From the NCBI GenBank assembly GCA_963695875.1, contig CAVOID010000004.1, forward strand, positions 192,001-256,000: a DNA stretch of 64,000 bases, read 5' to 3'. This DNA is from an uncultured delta proteobacterium (lineage in GTDB: Bacteria; Desulfobacterota; Syntrophia; Syntrophales; UBA2185). The notes below the pieces were generated by a model. The model did no database searches. It was not told where the DNA came from and was given only the letters and a program-made list of their open reading frames with translations. A program made the position numbers and the translations under genes. Of the stretch, positions 41,033 to 49,941 are shown piece after piece. Positions within the stretch are counted from its first letter, which is position 1. Each line of letters opens with the position of its first letter.

Positions 41033-42045
41033 AAACGCTGGCAAAAAAAGACCTCAAAGGCGTAATCAAAGCCTGGACAGAAAAATATCATGTCCTGGCT
41101 CCGAGTAGAATGACAAAGGGGGATTGTATATTTGATACTTTTCAGGAAGAGTCATTTACCCTCGACTATAAAAAACCGCCGCTTCTGCCAAAGGCCGTTT
41201 TTCTTCCCCATAATGAGGTTGTCTTTGAGGTAAAAGAAAATAAGTTCCGTGAGGTCATATCCGCACGAAATACTATCCTCTTCGGGATACGCTCATGCGA
41301 CATGATGGGGTTGCTTCAAAGCACGAGTTTTATGACCCGGGATCGGGATGACATCTATTACAGCACAAAGAAAGAAAGGGCGACAATTATCGTCATGGCA
41401 TGTCCCGGTCCGCAAAATGAAACCTGTTTCTGCACGACAACATTCAGCGGGCCGGTCGCACAAAGAGGCTTTGATTTACTGTTCTTCGATATGGGGGATA
41501 ACTTCATCATAGAAACAGGAAGCGACAGAGGTAAAGAGCTGCTGTCTTCAGGCCCATTTACCGACATGGATGATAATCTTGCCGGAGAGAAAATAAAGAC
41601 GTTCAAGGAAAAGGCTGTCCGGGACATACCGGTGGTGGATGAGGTATATGAAGCCATGAGAAGGCTCAAGGACGGTATAGCCGATGAGAAAGTCTGGGAG
41701 TACTTCGGCCGCAAGTGCATCGTGTGCGGCGGCTGCGCCTTCGTATGCCCGACATGCACCTGTTTTAATGTGTATGACCAAGAATCTGCTCCGGGAAACG
41801 GCGTCAGAGCAAGAGCCTGGGATGCTTGCCTTTACGGTGGATTTACCCGTGAGGCATCCGGCCATAACCCGAGACCGACTCAGGCATCGAGGCTCAAGAG
41901 ACGACATGAGCACAAGCTCCTTTATTACAATGAGACTGATATCCAGGAGAGCTTGTGCGGTTGCGTGGGATGCGGCCGCTGTTCCGACTATTGTCCCGTC
42001 CACATCGGAACCCTGGAGGTGGCAAGAGAAATTGTCAAGGAATAA
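41029..42045 (+). CDS. 4Fe-4S dicluster subunit, AsrA/HydB(beta)/FlxB-like
   Basis: FGIRSCD, C......[47 protein letters not shown] overlap with fdhA. Confidence 0.9.
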   Translation: MKTLAKKDLKGVIKAWTEKYHVLAPSRMTKGDCIFDTFQEESFTLDYKKPPLLPKAVFLPHNEVVFEVKENKFREVISARNTILFGIRSCDMMGLLQSTSFMTRDRDDIYYSTKKERATIIVMACPGPQNETCFCTTTFSGPVAQRGFDLLFFDMGDNFIIETGSDRGKELLSSGPFTDMDDNLAGEKIKTFKEKAVRDIPVVDEVYEAMRRLKDGIADEKVWEYFGRKCIVCGGCAFVCPTCTCFNVYDQESAPGNGVRARAWDACLYGGFTREASGHNPRPTQASRLKRRHEHKLLYYNETDIQESLCGCVGCGRCSDYCPVHIGTLEVAREIVKE

Positions 42046-42086
42046 GACCTGAATATGCATACAAGAATCAAATTTCGGAGGTTCCT

Positions 42087-42476
42087 ATGTCTGAGAAAAA
42101 AAGCATACTCATAATAGATGACGACAAAGACTATGCGGAGGCGCTGAGGATAGTGCTGGCAAATAATGGCTACGACGTGGATCATGCCCTGAACATCAAA
42201 GACGGGCGTAAGGCTATGGAAAAAAATATACCGAACCTCATTATCCTGGATGTTATGATGGATAAACATACAGACGGGTTCGAATTCTGCTACAATCTGA
42301 AGCATGATGAAGAATGCAGGAAAATTCCCGTCCTGATGGTGACCGCAGTTACTGAGAAAACGGGATTCAAGTTTTCTCCGGAGACGGATGGAGAATATCT
42401 GCAAGCTGACGACTACGTGGCAAAGCCCATCCCAGTTGCGGAACTTCTTTCCAGGGTTAACAAACTCATTGGCTGA
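42087..42476 (+). CDS. Single-domain response regulator (129 aa)
   Basis: IIDDD, ILDVMMD, VTA, AKP. GGAGG RBS. Confidence 0.92.
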   Translation: MSEKKSILIIDDDKDYAEALRIVLANNGYDVDHALNIKDGRKAMEKNIPNLIILDVMMDKHTDGFEFCYNLKHDEECRKIPVLMVTAVTEKTGFKFSPETDGEYLQADDYVAKPIPVAELLSRVNKLIG

Positions 42477-42494
42477 ATCTGTTTTGATGTGATC

Positions 42495-42529
42495 GCATCC
42501 CGCCTGCCCCATAGTGTAGGCGGGAATGC
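42495..42529 (+). terminator. GC-rich hairpin after the fdh operon
   Basis: GCATCCCGCCTGC / GTAGGCGGGAATGC inverted repeat, no clear T-tract. Confidence 0.5.
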
Positions 42530-42530
42530 A

Positions 42531-42645
42531 GGGGGTCATCTACCTCACAACAGGGGAGTTTTACCCCCTCAAATCTCTCTTTTTCTCCGCCCTCTCTATA
42601 TTATTCATAAATATCAATATGTTACAATTTGGCATCATCCTTGCT
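42531..42645 (+). promoter_or_regulatory. Sigma54 promoter with tandem boxes and IHF site (repeat copy 2)
   Basis: GGGGGTCATCTACCTC (42531), GGGGAGTTTTACCCC (42553), TATCAATATGTTA (42612), TTGGCATCATCCTTGCT (GG 42631, GC 42643). Confidence 0.8.
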
Positions 42646-42685
42646 CATATTAATTATACAAAAATCAAAAATGGAGGTAACGACC

Positions 42686-43075
42686 ATGTCAGTAAAGAAA
42701 AAAATTCTCTTGATAGACGACGACAAAGACTTTCTATTCGCGACCAAACTGATTCTCGAAAAGGGCGGGTACGAGGTGTTCCTGGCAGAAGACGGGAAGC
42801 GGGGGGTTGAGATGTGGAAGTCGGTGTCTCCCGATCTTGCCGTTATCGATATGATGATGGAGACGTGGGGTGAAGGGTTTGAAGTATTGAAAAAGATCCG
42901 CGCCACAGATACCGGGAAGGATACACCGCTGTTCATGCTGAGCGCTGTTGATCTGCAGGGTCCATACCAATCATTTGAACCGCCTCCGGAGTTTCCGAAG
43001 GTGAACATGGTGTTGCATAAACCTGTAAAGGCTGATGATCTTCTCGGATATGTTGCCAGTGCTTTGGGTAAATAG
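42686..43075 (+). CDS. Single-domain response regulator (129 aa), copy 2
   Basis: Differs from 36865..37254 at 5 residues. Confidence 0.92.
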   Translation: MSVKKKILLIDDDKDFLFATKLILEKGGYEVFLAEDGKRGVEMWKSVSPDLAVIDMMMETWGEGFEVLKKIRATDTGKDTPLFMLSAVDLQGPYQSFEPPPEFPKVNMVLHKPVKADDLLGYVASALGK

Positions 43076-43080
43076 CCGGT

Positions 43081-44211
43081 ATGATGAAGACTCAAAAACC
43101 GCTTATTTTGATCATCGATGATGAGGAAGCCTTACGGGACGGGTGCCGTCAGGTGCTGGAAAAGTCCGGATATACCGTGCTAACCGCAGGGGAGGGAGTC
43201 GAAGGCATCAAGATTGCGCGGGAGAAAAAACCGGAAATAGCCTTTGTGGATCTTAAAATGCCGGGTATATCGGGCATGGAAATAATTGAAATTCTTTCCA
43301 GGGATATCCCTGACATTGTGCTGATTATGATTACCGGTTATGCGACGATTTTATCCGCAGTGGAAGCTATACAGAAAGGAGCGTACGATTACCTGCCCAA
43401 ACCTTTTAGCCCTGACCAGTTGAGGACAGTTGCCAGGCGAGGCCTCGATCATCGCAATCTCAGGATTGAAACACGAAGATTGAGAGAAGAAAAGGAGCGG
43501 ATGGAGAAGAGTTTTATCACCTTTGTAAGTCACGAAATGCGTTCTCCCCTCGTAGTTATTCGGCAATACATAGAATCCCTCAAAGCGATTGCGGGCGATC
43601 GTTTTGATCAAGACGTTTCGGATATCATAGAGAGGTGCAGCAAACGCATTCAGGGACTTGAAGAACTTATTGAACACTGGCTGGATTTGAGCAGAATAGA
43701 AAACGGAACTTTTGTACAAAAGAAAGAGACATTAAAGTTATCTCGTATTACTGCCAGGCTTGCGGAGGAGATGGCTCCTGTTTGTGGGGATAAGGGAGTC
43801 TCTCTGGATATTGATGTACCGGAAAATTCACTCGATATTGTCGGGGATGAGGAAAGCCTGGTGCGGGTATTTGCAAATATCATCGGCAATGCAACAAAAT
43901 ATACGCCGGCAGGCGGTAAAATAACGGTCTCGGCGCGGTCCGACGATTGTTATGTCACCGTAAAAATTTCGGATACAGGTGCCGGCATTCCTCAAGATAA
44001 ACTTCCCTATATCTTCGAGCCGTTTTTCAGAGTAAGGGGAAAGGAGGAGCGGGAAAAAGGTTCAGGTCTCGGACTTACTTTTTGCAAAAAGATCATGACT
44101 TCTCACGGAGGGGAAATAGAGGCATCGTCTAAAGAAGGCGAGGGCACAACCTTTACGCTTAAATTTCCCGTTCAATCGTCCTCGGCGGGAGCTTCCCAAA
44201 TGTCTTCGTAA
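43081..44211 (+). CDS. Cytoplasmic hybrid REC-histidine kinase
   Basis: REC (FVDLKMPG), H-box FVSHEMRSP, NIIGNATKY, DTGAGIP, GSGLGL. Confidence 0.93.
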   Translation: MMKTQKPLILIIDDEEALRDGCRQVLEKSGYTVLTAGEGVEGIKIAREKKPEIAFVDLKMPGISGMEIIEILSRDIPDIVLIMITGYATILSAVEAIQKGAYDYLPKPFSPDQLRTVARRGLDHRNLRIETRRLREEKERMEKSFITFVSHEMRSPLVVIRQYIESLKAIAGDRFDQDVSDIIERCSKRIQGLEELIEHWLDLSRIENGTFVQKKETLKLSRITARLAEEMAPVCGDKGVSLDIDVPENSLDIVGDEESLVRVFANIIGNATKYTPAGGKITVSARSDDCYVTVKISDTGAGIPQDKLPYIFEPFFRVRGKEEREKGSGLGLTFCKKIMTSHGGEIEASSKEGEGTTFTLKFPVQSSSAGASQMSS

Positions 44212-44282
44212 GGGAAGATCTGAACAAAGGTGCAAGGAGGATAAGGGTCAGCTGAATAAAAAGTTGCAGAGTTACAGACTTT

Positions 44283-44504
44283 ATGAAGTATGATGACGAA
44301 AAGTTTTACGAGTTTCACGAGAAAGATGCTCCCGACAGGTGTTTTATTTGCAGCAAAGACACAGCGGAGCTGCTGATCTTTCGACAAATCAAAAGCATGC
44401 TGCTTGTTCACCTGTGCCGGGATTGTATATATGAAAATATTGCTGACTATCTTCTGGATAATACAAGGCCCTGGCTCAGCGAAAAAGAAAGTATCGATAA
44501 ATAG
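44283..44504 (+). CDS. 73-aa CxxC..HxCxxC protein of unknown function, paralog 2
   Basis: CFIC-x21-CRDC, YLLDNTRPW. Paralog of 37528..37749. Confidence 0.8.
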   Translation: MKYDDEKFYEFHEKDAPDRCFICSKDTAELLIFRQIKSMLLVHLCRDCIYENIADYLLDNTRPWLSEKESIDK

Positions 44505-44687
44505 AAACAGCCGTAAATTACTGTCATCCATCCTCAGTTTTATGAGAAATGGAGACTCCTTAATCAAAAGTCACATTTTTCCATAGCCACTTTATCAATT
44601 TTCTTGCCATTTTTCATTCCGAAATATTCACATGCCCGCTATTGTATACATATCAATGTACACTACTTAGGGCAGATTCAGATCCTC

Positions 44688-45737
44688 TTAGATCTGTGTT
44701 CGTAAATCAAAGTGAAAGGAAACATCTGGAGAGGTATTGACAATCAAATCTTCAGAAACTCCTATATCGAGTGTTGTCTGCTTGGACAATGACAGTGTTC
44801 CCCCTATCAAGAGCTGTACGGCTTCGGCATTTAATTCTCGCAGTTGACTGTCCTTGTACAAAGGGGTGTGGGCGTCCAATTGAACCTTGAAAGCGATCCA
44901 GGAAAGAGGGCTCCAACCTGCTCCCAGGCTTCCAAATCCGACCAGATTGCGTTGCTGTTCCTCAATCACCTTCCCATCAGTCATTCCCATAATGCCCGCG
45001 TCACCGAAGATGGTCCAATGGCCGGCTGCGAGCTTATGATCACTACTGGCAGTAAGCCAAATTGCCAAGTCCGCACTGCCGCTGCCGTGAAGTTGACCAC
45101 TGTCGCCCGTGGGGAGCTTGAGGCTTGTCCTTAAAGCCACCGCGTTCGGAAATTCCTTCCCGTCATGATACATTTGAAAGCCGGCGAACAAACTAATGTC
45201 ACCCAGGCCATTGCTGGAGCTGTCAATTCTCATCTTCTCCTGACCGTCACGGGAATAAAGGTAGCGTAAGCGGTTACGGGGAGCTTGATCACGGCCCCCT
45301 TGGGGAAAGCCGAAGAAATCGTGATAGTTAATAATGAAACCGTCAAGAAAGCCGCCGCCGTGAATAACGTAGGGGATTTCCAGCCCGCATTCTACCCCCT
45401 CTGCGAGGCCATATCGACCATTCAGGGTTATGCGGGCGCTTTCCCCATCGAGTACAATGTGTTCCCCGGCATTTGTATCCTCCACATAGTTGCTCGCATA
45501 ATCCAGCATAACACGAAATTCTTTCTGGCACGGAGAAAGCAGAATTGCATTTCCTGGGGCAGGGAGACCGTAAACCTGAACGATGGGGCTCTGATTCTTC
45601 GTATTGAAGGGTATTATATCAAGGGCATGGATGGTAGAGGAGGAAAGGCAGGCCATCATGAAAATGAAGAAGTTCAGAAAAATAACACCTTGCCGCTTGC
45701 TGTTTCTTGAAGGAACGTTCAATTTATTAAGGCTCAC
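44688..45737 (-). CDS. DUF3187 family outer-membrane protein
   Basis: Signal peptide, NQSP, DGE, GGFLDGFI..YH..FG.PQGGR, GLGD, LKLPTG, SEDL, SPD. Confidence 0.78.
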   Translation of the reverse strand: MSLNKLNVPSRNSKRQGVIFLNFFIFMMACLSSSTIHALDIIPFNTKNQSPIVQVYGLPAPGNAILLSPCQKEFRVMLDYASNYVEDTNAGEHIVLDGESARITLNGRYGLAEGVECGLEIPYVIHGGGFLDGFIINYHDFFGFPQGGRDQAPRNRLRYLYSRDGQEKMRIDSSSNGLGDISLFAGFQMYHDGKEFPNAVALRTSLKLPTGDSGQLHGSGSADLAIWLTASSDHKLAAGHWTIFGDAGIMGMTDGKVIEEQQRNLVGFGSLGAGWSPLSWIAFKVQLDAHTPLYKDSQLRELNAEAVQLLIGGTLSLSKQTTLDIGVSEDLIVNTSPDVSFHFDLRTQI

Positions 45738-46525
45738 TTTTTTGATCAGGGAGTATGAGGAAAAGTTCGCAGCGTGTCAAGAAAAGATGGCCATAATATT
45801 GTATGCATGCTAGCAGTCTGCTACGATATGTCCTGCTTTCTGAGACTATTTTAAACATTTTTCCTCTTGTGCCTTCAAACGTCTATCGGATTTGATGAAA
45901 CAGGGAGGAGGGCCATCGGTCTGTTGTTTTTGGCGATTAGTGCCGGAGAAGCTACTGTAATAACCGCCATCTTTTCACCTATATGTCCCAGGCGCCAAAA
46001 GAAGTTGTTGTCAAAAAAAAAATTGTAAGAAATCAGTTGACACAGTGAATCATTTTTTGGTACAGAAAACGCCTCTATAATTTTAGAGGGGGGAATTTCG
46101 AAGACCGGGATGAACCCCTGGCACGAGATGCTCTATTTCTCAACATTCGGAGCTGTTTATTCTACTGCCCGCATGACCTTATTACGATACCATTGGTTGC
46201 TTTAAGGACAACGAAATACTCACGGAATGAAGAACCATGTCCATCTTTCCCCGTGATTGCGATGAATGCTGATCAGCCTGAGGAGAGCTTCAGGTTTTGT
46301 GAGAGCAGATGTATGCTGCAGAGTTGTCCTGAATGCACTTTTCTTTTACAGCTCTATGGCACTGGTTGCGGAAATGTCCGCGTTTATTATCTATGTCGTC
46401 CATGTTATGAGAGACGCATTGCGCGGGGCTTTGTTGAGCCCTAGGAAGGAGGTTTGAGCTACATTTCCAGAAATTGTTGGCATTACTTTAACTTTATTCT
46501 TTATTAACAACAAAAGGAGGATTAC

Positions 46526-47531
46526 ATGGCAGATATCGACAAAAGGATGACGCTCAAGGATGCGGTAGCAAAGTTCATCCATGATGGCGATACGGTTTAC
46601 TATGGGGGCTTCCAGATTCATGGTCCCCATGGCCCTGACTCACGAAATCATCAGACAGAAGAAAAGACACCTCACCACGATCGAATCCTCGACGGACGTG
46701 GGTGGTCTGGATCTCATGGTGGGCGCCGGCTGTGTGACGGAAATTCACACTGCCTGGATCATGAACTGGTACGTGAAGGCGCCCTATGCCATTCGCCGGG
46801 CGTTCAACAAAGGTCACCTCAAGAGGTATGACATCTCCAACTTCGGCGCCACCACCGCCATGATGGCAGGTTTCATGGGCATTCCCTTCATGCCCATCCG
46901 GGGGAATATCGGCACGGATATGATGAAACACAACTTGACGGACCTCAGAATAATAGAAGATCCTTTCACCGGCAAGAAGACAACCGTTGTGCGCGCGTGG
47001 CGGGCCGATGTGGCAATCATCCACGCCCAGAAGGCCGACCGTCTCGGCAATGTGATATCCTATGGAACACGCGGCGTCACCGACGAGTTCGGCGCCAACG
47101 GAGCAACGCGGGGCGTCATCGTTACGGCCGAGGAGATTGTGGAGCCGGAGGTAACCAGAACCGATCCGGACCGCGTGATTGTTCCCTACTTCAAGACCCT
47201 GGCCGTTGTCCACTGCCCGTATGGCGCTCATCCATCGGCCTGCCGCGGCTACTACGGCCTGGACATCCGCTTCAGCCAGTATCAGGGCAGATATGAGCGG
47301 CACGAAGAACTCCTGCCTGCCTTCCTCGATGAATGGGTCTACGGCTGCAAAGACCAGGAAGCATACATCGAGAAATATAAATCGAAATTCGGCCAGAAAG
47401 GCCTGGACCTGCTGAAACCCATTCTCGGCTTTACGCCGAGCCCAAAACTGGGTGTCGATTACGGTTACCATGATCCGGTATGCTGGAAAGGTGTGCCCAT
47501 GTACACTGATGACCGGCTCGACGGCTTTTGA
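46526..47531 (+). CDS. Family I CoA-transferase alpha subunit, GctA-like (one +1 frameshift near 46618)
   Basis: DKRMTLKDAV..FIHDGD...GGF, PMALTHEIIRQ, AG..GIPFMP, GTD, DVAIIHAQKAD..GN, VIVTAEEIV, PYGAHP. Confidence 0.88.
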
Positions 47532-47567
47532 AGAAGCGCTCGCCGCGAAGAAAGGGGGTAAGTAATT

Positions 47568-48335
47568 ATGGCTAATTATAAACTGACAGAACTTATGACA
47601 ATCCGCTGTGCCAGGGAAATTGCAGACGGAGAGGTTGTCTTCGTGGGAGTGGGACTGCCAATTATGGTGGCCGCATATGCCTTTGCCACCCACGCCCCCA
47701 ACATGATTATGTTAACCGAGGGCGGCGCCATCCGGGCGACAGCTCCTCAGGCCCTTGCGATCACCGTGGATGACCCTGCTGCTTTTCTCGGGGGCGATGC
47801 AACATTCGGCATGCTGGCCACCATGGCCGCGTTGCAGCGCGGCGAGGTCGACGTTGCCTTCATCGGCGGCGCCCAGATCGACAAGTTCGGCAACATCAAC
47901 TCGACGGGAGCAGGGGACTGGTCCAAGAAGGAAAGCTTCACCTACTTTGCCGGAAGCGGCGGCGCGAACGACATGGCGACTTCGGGGAAAAGGGTCCTTG
48001 CCATTATGCCCCAGGATAAAAAGAAGTTCGTCGAAAAATGTGAATACATTACCACTCCCGGCTTCCTCGGTGGCCCGGGAGAACGCGAGGCACTCGGCAT
48101 GATCGGTGGGGGACCGGACTGTGTGGTCAGCACCATGGGCGTCTACAGGTTCGATGAAGACACCAAGGAGATGTACCTGGCCGAGTACTTCCCCGGCCAG
48201 TCTGTGGATAAGATCAGGGCCGCCTGCGCATGGGATCTCAAGGTGTCGCCCAATGTGGTAGAGACCACTGTGCCGACCGAGGAAGAACTTAAGATCCTCA
48301 GAGGCCTTGACCCGACCGGTTTCTACCTCGGATAG
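47568..48335 (+). CDS. Family I CoA-transferase beta subunit, GctB-like
   Basis: VFVGVGLP, LTEGG (catalytic Glu), GGAQIDKFGNINS, GSGGAND, ITTPG. Confidence 0.9.
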   Translation: MANYKLTELMTIRCAREIADGEVVFVGVGLPIMVAAYAFATHAPNMIMLTEGGAIRATAPQALAITVDDPAAFLGGDATFGMLATMAALQRGEVDVAFIGGAQIDKFGNINSTGAGDWSKKESFTYFAGSGGANDMATSGKRVLAIMPQDKKKFVEKCEYITTPGFLGGPGEREALGMIGGGPDCVVSTMGVYRFDEDTKEMYLAEYFPGQSVDKIRAACAWDLKVSPNVVETTVPTEEELKILRGLDPTGFYLG

Positions 48336-48365
48336 TTGTAAAGAAAAATAAACCATACAATAACT

Positions 48366-48399
48366 GAGAGAGCGGTGTTCTTTTGCACCGCTCTCTTTT
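48366..48399 (+). terminator. Rho-independent terminator after the CoA-transferase operon
   Basis: GAGAGCGGTG / CACCGCTCTC stem followed by TTTT. Confidence 0.85.
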
Positions 48400-48452
48400 A
48401 GGGGAATTTACCTGATAAGCATCTGATTGAGGTCCTCACAAAGAGGCCAGAT

Positions 48453-48635
48453 CTATCCCATCCTGATATCCAGGGCATTTTTGGCGTGGTTTAAGGGGCG
48501 ATTTTATTCCTGCCGTCGAAGATAATTCACGGCCAGGATGAAATGCGCTTGCGCCAGAGCAAGGTCTATCCGGATGGCTTTCAGGAACGCCATTTTCGCA
48601 TCGGCAAGTATTCCCTTATAAAATAAAGAATTCAT
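48453..48635 (-). pseudogene. Decayed TPR-like gene fragment
   Basis: AKMAFLKAIRIDLALAQAHFILAVNYL, internal stop at 48504, then ..NHAKNALD in the same frame. Confidence 0.45.
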
Positions 48636-48721
48636 AGTCGCGGAACATCACCGCCAAGGGAGCGCGCAGAATATACTGGCGGGCAACAACCGGGCCCGAT
48701 AGTGCGGCTTATATTTTACAG

Positions 48722-49298
48722 GTGATATCATGCAACGAAAGTTCGTGGCTGCAAGCTGTGAAAATAACAAGCCGTAATAAAATGCAGGAAAGATACCTGA
48801 AATACCGGCATTATTATGCAGGCATTGATATTTCCGGCTTTGGCGGTTACGGAAAAGCCGTGTATGCCCCTCTTTTACCGGTGTTTGATCAGTGGTTTGA
48901 AAGGAAATCTCTGGATGATATTCCCCCCAATATCACTTTTCTGGAAGATAGATCGATATCTTATTGATCATCCGGATTACAGGGAGGAAAGAGGGGGCGC
49001 GATCAGCTTTCACATAAAAGTACTGGCTCTCAGCATGATCGGGCTTATTATGAATCACAACAAAGATGTGATTTCAAGGCAACTGCTGCAGTATATAATC
49101 TTTGATGTTTCCAGGAATACCAAGGCGTACGATTATTCTGACTGTGTGTGTTTTTCGATCACCGTCAGAATGTTTATAGATATGTTAAAGGAAGAATTTT
49201 CTCATTTCGGAAGCCAGGTGACGGATCTGTCTTTGCATGATTTTGCCAACGAGGAAACGTTAAACCCAAAGCCACAACAAGTTATCAGCATCCTGTAA
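48722..49298 (+). pseudogene. Hypothetical gene remnant split over two frames
   Basis: Overlapping ORFs 48722..48967 and 48816..49298. No clear start or RBS and no recognised motif. Confidence 0.35.
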
Positions 49299-49481
49299 TG
49301 TATACCGCCCCAAATGATTTTTGACGGCAGTCGATGTTCCAGGGCTGAAGCTCCCGCCGGCATGCACTAAATATTTTAGACATTTGCTCTTGACTCAACA
49401 TTCTCTTAATCCTCATACTTCCACAATAAAGAAGAGAATTCTAATCACATTAGAAAATCAAGACTTTTGGCGACATATGGA

Positions 49482-49750
49482 GTGATTGAGTATCATGGCC
49501 ACACAAGTCGTTACGGTGTAACCAATGCGGGAAGAAGTTTCAGCGGGACGATGTATCGTTGGATATACTTCTTCCCCTATATGATTGCAGTTATGCTCTA
49601 CGGCCGGAGATCGTCTTTTTCGGCGAGGATGTTCATGACTAGGTATTGGTAAATGCATACAAAGCCGGTTGTGATTGTGATCTCGTGTTGATCATCGGCA
49701 CTTCGGCAACGGTGGCTCCAGCCTCCTACCTGCCGAGCAGGGCCAAGGAA
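49482..49750 (+). pseudogene. Sir2/CobB NAD-dependent deacylase remnant (C-terminal half)
   Basis: Motifs in shifting frames: VIEYHG, LRPEIVFFGE, CDLVLIIGTSATVAPASYLP. N-terminal GAG.S..SG motif absent. Confidence 0.78.
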
Positions 49751-49941
49751 GTCCCTGAATGTAATGGTCTTCAAAAAAGTTGTAAACTGAATTGACTTCA
49801 CTTTTATTTAAACGTAAAATATTACAGATAGTTCAAGTGAGAACGTTCATGTGAAAGAAACCCACAAGTATTTGTTAAGTAGAAATCTGTATGGGGTATT
49901 CTTATTGAACTCCCTCAGTGGCTTTTGATTAAAATATTGCT

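Larger units (their letters stand above)
42531..43196 (+). repeat. ~670-bp direct repeat, copy 2
   Basis: Highly similar to 36708..37375. Confidence 0.93.

Noticed and set aside
36708..43196. Direct repeats as IS elements of a composite transposon
   Set aside because: The repeats encode a promoter and a receiver. No transposase, terminal inverted repeats or target duplication was found.
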